In this document: one piece after another, positions 25,801 through 38,729 of the stretch
How positions within the stretch are numbered: position 1 is the first letter of the stretch
How the letters are laid out: every line of letters starts with the position of its first letter
Assembly: GCF_001194135.2 (NCBI RefSeq)
Contig: NC_068985.1
Coordinates: 74,632,339 to 74,689,946 of the forward strand
DNA: 57,608 bases
Reading direction: 5' to 3'
Origin: Octopus bimaculoides
Lineage: Eukaryota
Notes under the pieces: generated by a model
Told to the model about the DNA's origin: nothing
Seen by the model: the letters and a program-made list of their open reading frames with translations, nothing else
Database searches by the model: none
Program-made: the position numbers and the translations under genes

Positions 25801-27697
25801 GGATATAATCCTTCATATTCAACCTATGTCTTATAGGTGTACCCATCACCATTGACAATGACTTATGCAACAAATAACAAGAAAAAACAATAACGAATTT
25901 GCCACGTTTGAGATACATGCAATGTTTTCTATAGACCATATTTTCTTTACGATGCTGAATGATAAGAACCGCGCATAAAAGTTACAAATCATTCTACCTG
26001 AAAATATATGCATGTTTTTATTATCTAATAACTGGAAAATGATGATGATACATATATGATATTGTATTATGCACACTGCGTGAAATAGAACACTTAGAAC
26101 CCGATCGAATTAACCAAAAGAAGCGTTTTAGGCAATAGAATCATTTGCTATCAAATTGATAATGTTATTTGCAATTCTTATGGAAATAACAGATTCTAAA
26201 TTACACCGAAACAGAAGGAAAGCAAATAAAAAGTTAAAGCGTATTAATGATTTGGAACTATGTTTTAATGAAGTACTAATTCGAACTCACATATGTTCGA
26301 GAGCTAACAGATAGTCTTTTAACGTCTTGCTATGGTTAAATAATGTGAGATTCAAATAGAGCTCACAGAATAGTATTCGGCAAAATTTAATATCAGCCCC
26401 GTGCAGTGCCACTGAAACAGTCTCTGAAAAATAATGTCTGTATGATAGTTATAAGTCATACACAGAATATATATGTCTAATATGTGTTACATCTCGTGAT
26501 ATATGTTTGTAGTAAGGCACGCCGATATATTAAGCAATTTCTCAGCTACATTATCACTAATAAGTTTCATTTGTTAGTTCGCGTTATACCATTGAACATA
26601 AGTATGAATAACACAACTGAAAACGATATAAGTATTCACAGATTATCACTTCTTCCACTAAAAATCACAGGCCATATTTTATGCTTGAGTAATTGGATAT
26701 CTGAGTCATATTATCTGAATCTAGATCCGAGCACGACGACCGACTCGGCAATATAAAATATTTAATACAGTACGGCAAGTCAAGCACATACGTAATGCAA
26801 ATTTTTAATTTCTTCTAAAATCTCCGCAAATAACTTGATAACAGGATATTTTAGTGACGTTCACCGTTGTCTTTGCATGAACATTAAGTAATCGATGGCA
26901 TTATGTGATAGTTCCATGTTACAGTAAATCAGAGTAAAACCTTTCACCTTTTCAATATCAAATACCAAATGTAGAACAGAAAATACCAACAAAAAGGAAC
27001 ATATCAATTTTAACTACAAATGAAGAAAGCTTAAAAGAATTAATGAAAATAAATGCAAACGTCGTTACAGTAATCAGCACACTCAATAAGATACATGCTC
27101 CTGTCTGACAAAAGAATAAGAAACTGGAAACAAAGGAAAAGCACCTACGTCACCGGTTAATTTCCCTTCCCGGAAAATTCTCCCAAACACGAGAAACGTA
27201 TTTCTTAAGGAAATCTATACAAGGAACACAAAACCATAAAACACAGGCTTGAAATACACTAAGCACAACATACCTAGTGGTAAAAAATCAGATTTCCCAA
27301 TAAAAAAAACAAAAACTTTACTGAGAAAATATTATTTACAAAGTGGGTTGAAATAAAAAAATTATGATGATATGTATTGGAAAGGAATCAAAATCAACAC
27401 CACTGATCATGCCTCCCAGTCTGCAAACACATCCCATCACACAAAGACGACTAAGAGATAACATGAGACCAAATGTGGCATTAGACAGTATTTAGTATTC
27501 ATAAATAAATCATTAACCACATAATGATTCATTCAACTGGAAGCTGAGCAAATACGGTCAACAAGAGAAGCTATGATACTGACTGTTGAACAATTACTGA
27601 AAATGTCACTCAGGGCACCATGACTTTATGAAAGAATGGGCTAACTAATATTTTTTCACTCACTGAATGAAATAGAAACAATATGCATATATTTCCG

Positions 27698-28066
27698 TGC
27701 AGGCACAATGGCCCAGTGGTTAGGGCAGAGGAATCGCGGTTTCGATTCCCAGACCGGCCGTTGTGAGTGCTTATTGAGCGAAAATACCTAAAGCTCAACG
27801 AGGCTCCGGCAGAGGCTGGTGGTGAACTCTGCTGTACTCTTTCACCACGACTTTCTCTCACTCTTTCTTTCTGTTTCTGTTGTACCTGTATTTCAAAGGG
27901 CAGCCTTGTCACACTCTGTGTCACGCTGAATCGCCCCGAGAACTACGTTAAGGGTAGACGTGTCTGTGGAGCGCTCAGCCACTTACACGTTAATTTCACG
28001 AGCAGGCTATTCCGTTGATCGGATCAACTGGAACACTCGTCGTCGTAACCGACGGAGTGCCAACAA
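27698..28066 (+). mobile_element. SINE family C, copy with deletion in the tRNA head
   Basis: Aligns with 7152-7529; lacks the anticodon-arm segment between the A- and B-boxes. Confidence 0.85.
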
Positions 28067-29680
28067 GTTTGCATATACTTCACTCTATCCTTCTCTTCTG
28101 CAATAACGCGGTATTTGTTATTTATTTTGAGATTCTAAAACAAAACACATGTAAGTCAGAAATAAATTGCTTTCTTGGATGTTGTATTCTAGATTCTAGA
28201 TCTTAATAGATAGTGAATTTTATAGTATAAATTTCCGACAGAAGGTGGTAATATGTTACTTTAGCTGAGACTTTTGAGGTATGCACTTCTAGGACTTAAA
28301 CGGTGAAAGTTATTTTTAGTCCCATCGACAAGCCGTGAAGAGCGAAAATTTTGTGTATCATATGTTAGTTTTAGAAGGTTGGGTACGGAAATTTGACATT
28401 TATACGAATATCAATCCCTTCAGGAAGTAATTTAGACCGTTTGTGTGTGACAGCAGTACTTTAAGAGGTGTGTAAATAACTTGTCAATGTAAATGGCATA
28501 TGGAGTTGATAGTTGATAGAAAATCAACAACTGTCTAGTGGTAAAGAAATTCCTGCCCCCGTTAATATACCTGGTTTTAACCAACATACAGATACGGTCG
28601 ATTGAAGAGGTAGACACTTTTTGCAAGACGTTTCGACATGTAGAATTAAGTGTGTCTAAAGTCTTATCGACATGTATACTGCAAACTTTTCGTGGTTTAC
28701 CGTAGTTCACATTTCTAAGAATATACTACACTGTTTAGTAAGCTGATAATATATTCGTACAAAACATTTCAATGTGTTATCAGATAACTTAGTAATCATC
28801 CGTCAGACCATATCTGCAACAAAGTTGTAAACACGTCACGAGGAAAACAAAAATCCGTGTAGAAATCAATAAGGAAGTAAAAAACGCAATATATGATTTC
28901 AAGCACTTCTCCCAATATTGATATGTTTCTCTTTCCAAATTGAACTAGTGAAATTGAAACATTGTTTTTAATGAAAAACAAATATTATTTAAGATATTTT
29001 GTGAAACTGCACCAAAGGTTGATTGTCAATGCATAATAATCAGTATTTGCAATACCACTCAAATAAACGTAGAAAAATAAGGTTCATTTATAGAAAATTC
29101 GACGAAAACAAGGTGGGAATTGGATATCATTCCTAATAGTTTCACGAAAGCCTATACCATAGAATGTTAAAAAAAAAAAACAACCATTATGTAAAGAGCT
29201 TGTTTTTAATGTTTTTGTGTGGTATTTCCCAAGAAAATTGATTCTTCCGAAAATATTTGCAATAGCATAAAATAATACGATCTCAATCTCGAAAAAGTAA
29301 TATGTGAATATTTTATTAAACAAGAAGAGCTATTAATCGCTCAAGGAATATCGTATAATAATAATGTCAGCATTATGATGTTTACGAGTATATTTTGTTT
29401 CCAGGAGATATCAGAAGATATATCTTTGTCTGAAATATAGAAACATCATATATTTGGAACGTGGTATATAAATACTGCTCCTGTTGACTATATTTTCGTG
29501 GAAAGATTCTTATCACACGTTTAATAATCTCCCTAGGGAAATTTAAACAAAATATACTATTGAATTCTTGTTGTGCAAACAGAACGCCATGATCAGGCGA
29601 GACTACGCACATTCTTCATTAAAATCAATGAATATCAGTATATAGCATACTAATAATATATATATATCTATATTTACTCA

Positions 29681-29836
29681 TTTACATTTGACTGCGGCCA
29701 TGCAGGAGCACTGCCTTTATTCGAAGAAACTAACCCCGGGACTCATTCTTTGTAAGCCTAGTACTTAATTTACCGATCTCTTTTGCCGAACCACTGAGTT
29801 TCAGGGAGATAAACACACCAACATAGGTCATCAAGC
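29681..29836 (-). mobile_element. SINE family B, 3' half
   Basis: Homologous to 33781-33943; includes the LINE-like tail gcagtgctcctgcatggccgcagtcaaatg. Confidence 0.8.
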
Positions 29837-29884
29837 CTTGGCAAGGGGACAGACAGAGATACAAAAAAAAAAAGCATTATTATG

Positions 29885-30075
29885 ATTGACCGTTGACTGG
29901 ACACTATTCAATTTTTTTTCTCCGTGCTTTTCTCCTTGTCTCCGTATTCTTTCTGTTGAAGAGCGTAGCTCGAAACGTCAAAGACTTTCCGTATTCCCGA
30001 GCGTCATACTAATACATCCTTTTGTTATTTACACCACCTGTCTTCGTCTGTTGTTGTTTTTTCGTATATTCTCCC
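29885..30075 (+). mobile_element. ~190-bp hammerhead-containing repeat (PLE terminal repeat or retrozyme-like), copy 1
   Basis: Roughly 95% identical by eye to the reverse complement of 44803-44992, with the same boundaries. Confidence 0.75.
29948..29984 (+). ncRNA. Minimal type I hammerhead ribozyme-like motif, variant core
   Basis: Stem I UCUUU/AAAGA, core CUGUUGA, stem II GAGC-GUA-GCUC, GAA, palindromic ACGU stem III, GUC cleavage triplet. Confidence 0.6.
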
Positions 30076-30786
30076 NNNNNNNNNNNNNNNNNNNNNNNNN
30101 NNNNNNNNNNNNNNNNNNNNNNNNNNNNNNNNNNNNNNNNNNNNNNNNNNNNNNNNNNNNNNNNNNNNNNNNNNNNNNNNNNNNNNNNNNNNNNNNNNNN
30201 NNNNNNNNNNNNNNNNNNNNNNNNNNNNNNNNNNNNNNNNNNNNNNNNNNNNNNNNNNNNNNNNNNNNNNNNNNNNNNNNNNNNNNNNNNNNNNNNNNNN
30301 NNNNNNNNNNNNNNNNNNNNNNNNNNNNNNNNNNNNNNNNNNNNNNNNNNNNNNNNNNNNNNNNNNNNNNNNNNNNNNNNNNNNNNNNNNNNNNNNNNNN
30401 NNNNNNNNNNNNNNNNNNNNNNNNNNNNNNNNNNNNNNNNNNNNNNNNNNNNNNNNNNNNNNNNNNNNNNNNNNNNNNNNNNNNNNNNNNNNNNNNNNNN
30501 NNNNNNNNNNNNNNNNNNNNNNNNNNNNNNNNNNNNNNNNNNNNNNNNNNNNNNNNNNNNNNNNNNNNNNNNNNNNNNNNNNNNNNNNNNNNNNNNNNNN
30601 NNNNNNNNNNNNNNNNNNNNNNNNNNNNNNNNNNNNNNNNNNNNNNNNNNNNNNNNNNNNNNNNNNNNNNNNNNNNNNNNNNNNNNNNNNNNNNNNNNNN
30701 NNNNNNNNNNNNNNNNNNNNNNNNNNNNNNNNNNNNNNNNNNNNNNNNNNNNNNNNNNNNNNNNNNNNNNNNNNNNNNNNNNNNNN

Positions 30787-30849
<63 letters not shown>

Positions 30850-31171
30850 CATATATATATACATATATGTGTGTGTGTGTGTGGGTGTGGGTGTGTGGGT
30901 GTATGTATGTATGTATGTAAACTCTCAACACATGAATTCTTGAATTACGAGGAGCTCCACATACACACACATACCACGGAGTAATGAAGTTTTGGCATGG
31001 ATATTTGACATGAGCTTCATTAGATGACTTCGTATGTTTGCAATGGATACAAACAGCAATAACATAATGCTTCACACCCACTTATATATGTGTATAATTA
31101 TATATATATATGTGAGAGAGTAAATGTTTCTTCTCTCTTTCCCTCTCACTCTCTTTCTCTCCTTCTCTCCC

Positions 31172-31290
31172 TGGCTTAGTGGTTGGTGGTTAATATAACG
31201 TACTAACGATCGCTAGATTGTGATTTCAATTCCTAGACCTGGTTAGGACAAATGTTTCTGCTATTTAGCCCCAGGAAACATCATATCCAG
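31172..31290 (+). mobile_element. Degenerate tRNA-derived SINE head
   Basis: tggcttagtggtt A-box-like, gatttcaattcc B-box-like, then ggacaaatgtttctgctat resembling the family B central block. Confidence 0.4.
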
Positions 31291-32329
31291 CTGGCTATCG
31301 ATGCACTATCTGTGTACGTATATTTTCGAACAAAGGATCTTAGTGTTCCCACTCAGCTCTAAAGTAATATCTATGTACTAATTTTTCTGGATCATTTCCA
31401 GTATAGATTTAAGTGAACAATCTAGATGAATATATTGTTATATTCTTACTTTACAACTCCAGTATACACAAACTTATCCCCCTTAGAAAGTCTAAACCAG
31501 GTTTTATACTATGAGCTTTACGCATAAATTTCATCAGTTAACAGTTTTCAGCCGTTTACTTAACATGAAGGAACTGAACACATATTTTCTATATCTTAAA
31601 CTATCTCTGAAGAGATTCGACTTTCAAATGATTTTTAAGTTTATTAATTCATCTTCTGAAGGTCTGGAATTGAAACAGCTATAAGGGATGTTTGTCATTT
31701 TTTTTTATTAATAAATAATAACTTATTAATTACATCCCTATTTTCCCATTTCATTTCATATATATATATATATATATANNNNNNNNNNNNNNNNNNNNNN
31801 NNNNNNNNNNNNNNNNNNNNNNNNNNNNNNNNNNNNNNNNNNNNNNNNNNNNNNNNNNNNNNNNNNNNNNNNNNNNNNNNNNNNNNNNNNNNNNNNNNNN
31901 NNNNNNNNNNNNNNNNNNNNNNNNNATATACAGTGATTTACTATGTAATAGGGGGTTTCTGTCGTTTCGTATAAGTCTTTATTCGGATGTGAGGCAAAAG
32001 GAAAAACGTGCGGAACAGTAATTTATGTCTACCCTATCGGATCATCTTCTGGTAACTGACTGTTTCCCAAATGATTTGATAGGGTTTGCACTGACAGGAA
32101 TTAATGGATGAGGAAACTTCGGGAGAGAGAGAGAGAGAAAGAGAGAGAGTGAGAGAGACAGAGAGAGAGAAAGAGAAAGTTTTATATAAATGGAAAGTTA
32201 ATCGGAAGAGGAGCTGTTGATGTCTGAGGAAAATTTGAGTGACATTTGAACTAAATTATAAAACAATAATTACTAATTAAAAGAAAACATTGAATTGAAT
32301 TAATCGTTGTACAATTCTACGATGGAATA

Positions 32330-33400
32330 TGAAACGCTTTTAGTGTACAGAGATTTCAAACATTGACATGATTACATGAGGAATTCGCGGATGACATAAT
32401 AGAAAAATATTAACATCTCCCTGAAAGAACTATCTGTAAGGTGACGACTTGTGTCACCTAAGGAATTGATTCAATGAATTGATTCTACGGAGGTATAGAA
32501 AATGCAGAAATTTTGAACAAGTCATAGTGGATTTTGTGCGCTCATGGTAAGAGAACGACCATCGGGTATACGCATGATAGTCAGGGGCTTATATTAGACG
32601 GAGTTGACGGTGCATATTTCCAAAATCAATGTAGATATTCAAAAAGTTGTTGGCGATGTCAAGTGGTCGTGATGAATTCAAGGCAAAGTAAAACAATTCA
32701 ATAAATGGCATAAAGATACTAAGTTAGGTGAGCACGCAATGTCTGTGTTGGGGTGTCTGTATAGCGACCGGAACAGATCTACGTTGGATAACGCAAACTT
32801 GTAGAAGTTCAGGGTGCTGATCTGTGTATCCATAGAGAACCCACGGATTTATTAATTTCGCCACTAAATGATTGAGAACGAGTTTATCTAAACATTCAAG
32901 CGGAGGAATGTTGAATACACATCGAATGTAGCTGTGAATTTAGCTTTATGGGTTGTTAACATTTCGCTGTAGAGGAATGTCTGTGTAAAGTGAATTGGTA
33001 TCTAAGGGGAAAGTAAAATTTGTGAAGAAACAAAGTGTAGGAGAAGATTTTTCTGTACAGTTTGCTGGTATCGAAGAATTTCAAATTATTATGACACGTA
33101 TAAATGAAACCAATAATGTAGGCCCAGGTTGGTTAGAGAAGTGCTGTTATATTTTTGATTTTGAAGTTCGTGAAATTGTCTTCTGTAATGGCTTCAAAAC
33201 GTCTGTTACAGGAAAATGGTCTTAAAATGCGCCAAATTAGAGCATGTTCATTGAAGTCGGTTAACCATTCTTGAAAGGGGATATGCTTTAGACCCCAACT
33301 AAAGAGGGTTCATTTGGCGTCCAACAGGGGAATTATGAACACCGGTGATGATGTCTCGAAAAATGAGAAATGAGAGCGATGATATCAGAGAAGTCGGAAC
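32330..33400 (-). mobile_element. Heavily decayed Penelope-like RT
   Basis: Ordered minus-strand remnants LSWGLKHIP (cf. LxxGLxFxP), LDTNSLYTDIP at 32973-33005 (cf. DVxSLYTNIP) and GFSMDTQIS (cf. GxAMGxxIS); many stops and frameshifts. Confidence 0.55.
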
Positions 33401-33651
33401 GTATTGCCGTTTTCATAGTGCGTGAGGAATATGATGTAACGATCACTGTTAAGGTGCTCTGTGTAAAGATATCCAATGGATTACGATGAGTAGAGCGCGA
33501 TTGAGAAAAACACCAGCGCTCCGCCTGCAACACCAAGGCCTGAGCCCGTTGCAAAGAACAAGGAAGTGTGCAAAGATCTTTCTAGGGAGAAAGTGATGAA
33601 TGTCCCGGGTTTCGGAGTTCTCTGCGTCCGTTGTAAAAAGGTGAGCTTGTG

Positions 33652-33722
33652 GCAGAAGCTGAGCCTGTGCAGAAAGCTGAACACGTGCTGCAAGCTGAGC
33701 CATTGCTGCAAGCTGAGCCCAT
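33652..33722. repeat. 18-bp minisatellite, ~4 copies
   Basis: Units gcagaagctgagcctgt, gcagaaagctgaacacgt, gctgcaagctgagccatt, gctgcaagctgagcccat. Confidence 0.75.
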
Positions 33723-33764
33723 GACAGAGCTGTTATCTCCCGCCCACAATCTAATTGAGTTTAC

Positions 33765-34278
33765 TCTCTACTCTCTTTTACTTGTTTCAGTCATTTGACT
33801 GCGGCCATGCTGGAACACCGCCTTTACTAGAGCAAATCGACCCCGGAACTTATTCTTTGTAAGCCTAGTACTTATTCTATCGGTGTCTTTTGCCGAATCG
33901 CTAGGTTAGGGGGACGTAAACACACCAGCATTGGTTGTCAAGGNNNNNNNNNNNNNNNNNNNNNNNNNNNNNNNNNNNNNNNNNNNNNNNNNNNNNNNNN
34001 NNNNNNNNNNNNNNNNNNNNNNNNNNNNNNNNNNNNNNNNNNNNNNNNNNNNNNNNNNNNNNNNNNNNNNNNNNNNNNNNNNNNNNNNNNNNNNNNNNNN
34101 NNATATATGCATATACATGCGACGGGATTCTTTCAGTTTTCCATCTACTAAATCCACTCACAAGGCTTTGGTCCACCCGAGTTTATAGTAGAAGACACTT
34201 GCCCAAAGGTCTTCTCAGTGGGACTGAACCCAAGACTATGTTGTTGGTAAGCAAGCTACTTACTACACAGCCACACCT
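33765..34278 (-). mobile_element. SINE family B, full length, internal microsatellite in gap
   Basis: tRNA-like head ggtgtggctgtgtagtaag..gggttcagtccc, CORE-like tttgggcaagtgtcttctactata, (AT)/gap, second block gatagaataagtact..ggggtcgattt, LINE-like tail and (AGAGT)-type end. Confidence 0.85.
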
Positions 34279-34946
34279 GTTGGTTTTTCAAAATACATAT
34301 ATTTTCGAATGGGAGATTGTTTCTTTTTATGCAAACTGTCAAATATAACACGAACACCGTCTATGAGTTTCAACATTTTAGATTTTTGTAGATGACTTGA
34401 TTTCACTTAGAATAGTGATTCCCCTTATGACCATCGTTTCTTAATCTTTCTTTGCAGTAATTTCAGTATTTTTCATCACATTTTTCCGATGTGGATATAC
34501 TAATGTTTTGCATAAGAATGTGAAATATAAGTCTCGTTTGGTTCAAATATATGAGTATAGAGTCGATTTTGTTAATGTCATTTTCTAGTGCATAACTAAT
34601 AAACCACTGTTAAAATCATTGCCATATGATATAAATGTATGCGTACGTGTGTGAGTGTATGGCAATCAATTTAAGTAAATTCCTGACAATGGACATTCTA
34701 AAATCCATTACACCTAAACAATTGCCATGGTTCGTAATTTATATGAAACCAAACAAATAATAAGATCGATAAACTATTTTCTGATAATATATATGTATTT
34801 TTATTTGTTTTAAATGCTTAACAGAATATTACTAATTGAAGTACATTTTGTAAATTATTTCGCTTTACTGCGGATATTGAGTACTTTTTCTCCTGTTTTA
34901 TGCAATAACACTCATGTATACATACATTTATATACATACATATATA

Positions 34947-34995
<49 letters not shown>

Positions 34996-37900
34996 ACGCA
35001 CATTTTCGTCTGTTTGTGCGTACGTGCGTCTTTCATTGAGGGCAATTTCAAAATGTACCGTCGCAGGAAATAACAAAGTCAGCAGTATTTTGAATTAGTA
35101 AAGAAGCATACTTTGCATTACCTCGAGTCTCTTTTAAAGAAGTGAACAAATGGATGAGCTAAATGACAACATGCCTCGAAATTTATTATTAATTGCATAA
35201 AACAAACACAGAATATTTGAAACTAAACAAATGCGACGACTTCGAATGAATGCCTTCAAGATTTTAATAGAGTTCTCTTTGTACCATCTGTTCATTCTAG
35301 CACAAATGATGCATGCATACTTTTGATTAACAGCGTGTGTTTTTTATGTTCTGCTTTCGTCGTAACGTCATGTTATATCAACAAGAATTTTCCAATTTTT
35401 GTCAACACAACACAACAAATATTCCTAATGAGAATAATTCAACTGCCATTTTGCTTCTCGTACCAATACTGGTGACGTGGTGGTTGATGATAATGGTATT
35501 GATGACAAACAACTACGAGGATGAAGATTGTGATCAGGATTATGAGACCAGGTGATATGAAAAACTAATCACGTGATTTCGTGTTATCATTCAATAGCAA
35601 CAAGTCATTCAAACTATACGTGTTCAATATGACAAATGAGAATCGAGCGAATCGACATGTAAATTCACAAGAATTTTTTATCAGGTGATTTAAAGAGGTG
35701 ATTATTAATTACATGATTCTAATTTACTTTGTCCACTAAAATGTCACCAAAAATATATGTATCCATATATATCTATACTGATTTATTAGCTAGTATTTAT
35801 TATACTTTAGAGTGAGGCTACATTAACACTGATGGTTAACTGATATGGTTAATATGTATCTAATTTTCTGTCTCTTGACTGCAGAAAATTTGAAAATATC
35901 ACAAGTCATGATAAAGTAACGTTCTTTCACGCAGTATTTCAAAGATCAACGATTCACACACATGAAACATGGCGATGTTGCAATTGATATTAAATTTTAT
36001 AACCAAAACAATCTTTCGACATATGTGTTAATGGTCAATAGCCCAGACATACTCCGAAGCACTGGTACCCAGAATGTCAAAATTGGCATCTTCTTAACAT
36101 TTACTTTCGTCATACATATTGTGGACATCGATCGATATAAAACAGTACCTAAATAAGAATGTTGGAGCAATAACAGAATACTTTAGTCATACAATAAACA
36201 ATATGCTATATTCACATATTCGCATATCTATAATGGATATGACAATGGAAATTAAAACACGATGGCAATTATGTTTATGCTATTCAATCAAGAATATACG
36301 TTAAGAATCAAATCACGATGTAGTACATCATCAATATAAGATACACCTACCGTTGGAAATGAGGGATCTTCTATCTGGCCACACGAACTGCAGTGATGCG
36401 TCTAAAATCATAGTTTACACTCTTAAAATTATGTATATGCAGTAATGTTGTCTAAGATATATTACGTCTAACAGCTGGTAGTATTTGGGCGTATCGTTGT
36501 TCGATTAGGCGTATACTATGTTAAAGCACAACAATGCTAACCAATGCAAAGATAGATTGTAACTCCTCGTTAGAGATAGTCGAGTCCTGCACAATAGAAC
36601 GTCTCTCACAAATGACACGAACCCACAAAATAAAGATTTAATAAAAAAAACAAGTGGCTAAAGTATAATGGATTGTTCTTCACTTACATAAATTTATCAA
36701 CCATGATGTAAAACATAATGCAAAATAAGTGCGCATTATTCAAATTCAGTTACATATGGACAGTATATAGTACTGGAATTTATAATGCACTAAAGATGCA
36801 TAATTGCTAAAGAGCTGAGGGGTACATAAATATATGTAAAGAAAGATGACCGCTGATTTCTGAAATTTTTTAGTCAAAGCTTCATAGAGAAAACTGGCAA
36901 ATTAAAGACATAGAATTTATAAATTAAGTAACTTTTCTCTAAAGTACATAGGCAGTAAGAAAAAGAAATATTACTACGTCAATCGGTCAATACTGAATGT
37001 CAAAATTAAAAAGCAAATAGACACTGAAAGATAACAGAACATTAATTTCCCTAATCAGAGATTCGTAAAACTAACAATATCTTAACCTGTTATCATTTTA
37101 TGTAGTGGAGAGTGGAAGATAAGCCAACTTTTTTCGAGGTATCTCATCACCGTAAAGATGAAAATATATTAGAGTATGTGAAGAGATAAATAGCATTGCA
37201 GTAGCCATTATAATCAGGCATAAGCAAAAATATCAGTACTCATACGCATTATTAACAAAGAAATGATGTCCACGGACATCATTATAAAATGGAAATGGGA
37301 AACTTAGAGAATTGTCGATTCATTCCTAACAAAATAATAACCAGATTTCATCGAAATTGCGGCCAAATTTCATGAATCCTCTAATACCAATAAAATCCGG
37401 TACATCTGTATAAAGTAGTGCAAGTAGTAGCTGGTGATTTCATATGAAGCAAGTATATCAAAGCTGTTTATTTAATATGAGGCATGTAGTCCTAGTAGTA
37501 AAAAAATCCTGTATAAGACACTGCTCTAATTCTACATATACGTTACAATTCTGCACACACCCAAACACACACACAAACACACACAGAGATAAAGAAGTTG
37601 AAAATGCACTAGAATTCGTTTAGCTTTTTTTATTTTTAAATTTTTAATCATTTAGCCACTTCCATAGATTTCTGATTTTCAAAAGTTGAGATAGAAAGAC
37701 GTGGAGCTATACTACAACTACCTTGCATTTAACTGGAACTCAAAAATTGTCTTGCTTCTGTAGAGAGAGTATGGCTCAAATTAGTATCCTTTTTGGGTAC
37801 GCTTTGATTCGACGATGATGATCATGTGATCAGGTTTAGAAATTTTTGTAAATTCTCGGCTACAACCTTTCTTTAATGTCAGGTGCTAATGTGTTTGTTA

Positions 37901-38590
37901 CCATTATATGAATACTAATTGGCAGATTCTAGATGTACATAAGTGCTGAATGATTATAAAGAAGATATTTATTCAAACACTAGGCTACATAGAAACAACT
38001 CTTGCCCATTCTACCTCTCGACAGATCAAATTTAGAGAACCTTATTTTTGGACTGTAACTAGACATGCTCATTCAAACGTGCCAGAATTGATTTTCGGTG
38101 ACAAAAAATATAGATATATAAGCACGAACATAGTGGGAAACCTATAAAAATTCCTAGGATTACTGCTAATCGCGAGATCTTCCACCTACTACATTTGACA
38201 CGTAATATTCAGACATACTTGATTACTAGAGATTGTTAGTAGACACGTTCACTCAACATTGACAGCTTTAACTAACAGCGACAAACGTATTATCACATGA
38301 CATTAAAGAACCCAAATTTCTTAACCCGATCACGTGATCATCCTCGACCAATCAAAGCCTATCGAAAAGCGATACTAATTCTAAACATATTCTCTCTATA
38401 AAAACAAAACAAAGTTTGAATTCCAATTAGAACCAAGGCAGTTGTAGTATAGAACCACGTTTTCTATCTCAACATTTGAAAATAAGAGAAATCTATGAAA
38501 CAGGTTAAGTTTTTAAAAATTTATCAATAGAAAATCTAAACTAATTCCAGTGCATTTTCAGCTTCTTTTCTCTATATTTCTATGCGTGTG

Positions 38591-38619
38591 AAATAAAATA
38601 ACTTTTTTCTATATAAATA

Positions 38620-38681
<62 letters not shown>

Positions 38682-38710
38682 TATTTATATAGAAAAAAGT
38701 TATTTTATTT
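38591..38710. repeat. Perfect 120-bp palindrome centred on (AT)22
   Basis: 38591-38628 is the exact reverse complement of 38673-38710. Confidence 0.95.
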
Positions 38711-38729
38711 ATTTATGTTATTTTTACTA

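Noticed and set aside
27000-27480. A-rich stretch that might be a PLE remnant
   Set aside because: No ordered protein motifs could be recovered.
27578-27615. ctgttga..gaaa..gtc resembling the variant hammerhead
   Set aside because: No stem II and stem I is out of register.
35885-36304. Plus-strand acceptor and short ORFs at 35.9-36.3 kb
   Set aside because: No consistent exon frame or homology.
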